64,000 bases of DNA from Heterodontus francisci. Lineage: Eukaryota. The position numbers were made by a program, and so were the translations under genes. The DNA lies in NCBI RefSeq assembly GCF_036365525.1, contig NC_090411.1:31636432-31700431 (forward strand), given 5' to 3'. Under the pieces are notes generated by a model. That model saw only the letters and a list, made by a program, of their open reading frames with translations. It made no database searches and had not been told where the DNA came from. Positions 63,611-64,000 of the stretch are shown here, in pieces (positions within the stretch are counted from its first letter, which is position 1; each line of letters starts with the position of its first letter).

Positions 63611-64000
63611 TTTTAAAAATTCATTCAAGGATGTGGGCGTCACTGGCTAGGCCAGCTTTTATTGCCCATCCCTAATTGCCCTTGAGAAGGTGCTGGTGAG
63701 CTGCCTTCTTGAACCGTTGCAGTCCATTTGGGGTAGGTATACCCACAGTGCTGTTAGAAAGGGAGTTCCAGGATTTTGATCCAACAACAGTAAAGGAACA
63801 GTGATATAGTTCCAAGTCAGGATGGTGTGTGACTTGGAGGGGAACTTGCAGGTGGTGGTGTTCCCATGCATTTGCTGCCCTTGTCCTTCTAGTTGGTAGA
63901 GGTCGCGGGTTTGGAAGGTGCTGTCTAAGGAGCCTTGGTGCATTGCTGCAGTGCATCTTGTAGATGGTACACACTGCTGCCACTGTGCGTCGGTGGTGGA
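63610..64000 (-). mobile_element. Second-family LINE 3' end (runs off the window)
   Basis: Near-identical to 43530-43920. Confidence 0.85.

Overview
Vertebrate genomic DNA, very probably an elasmobranch (shark), judging from HE1-type V-SINEs, SacSINE1-like Deu-SINEs and abundant CR1. There is a 971-N gap at 2170-3140. The core of the window is a head-to-tail tandem array of seven 4-exon ferritin genes on the minus strand, named here A-G from left to right. Six (B-G) have intact GT-AG exons and encode 173-175 aa heavy/middle-type subunits with a complete ferroxidase centre. A is internally deleted. All copies share a TATA/CCAAT proximal promoter and a short predicted 5'UTR in which I find no intact iron-responsive element (IRE), only what looks like a decayed IRE relic. 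Exons are almost identical between copies while introns diverge, yet individual copies differ at 3-fold and 4-fold channel residues. Intergenic DNA is packed with retroelements: one apparently intact full-length CR1 LINE, nested CR1 insertions, Tx1, RTE and L2 relics, solo LTRs and SINEs. A candidate first exon of an unidentified gene lies at about 5.0-5.1 kb. All comparisons were made by eye and repeat boundaries are approximate.
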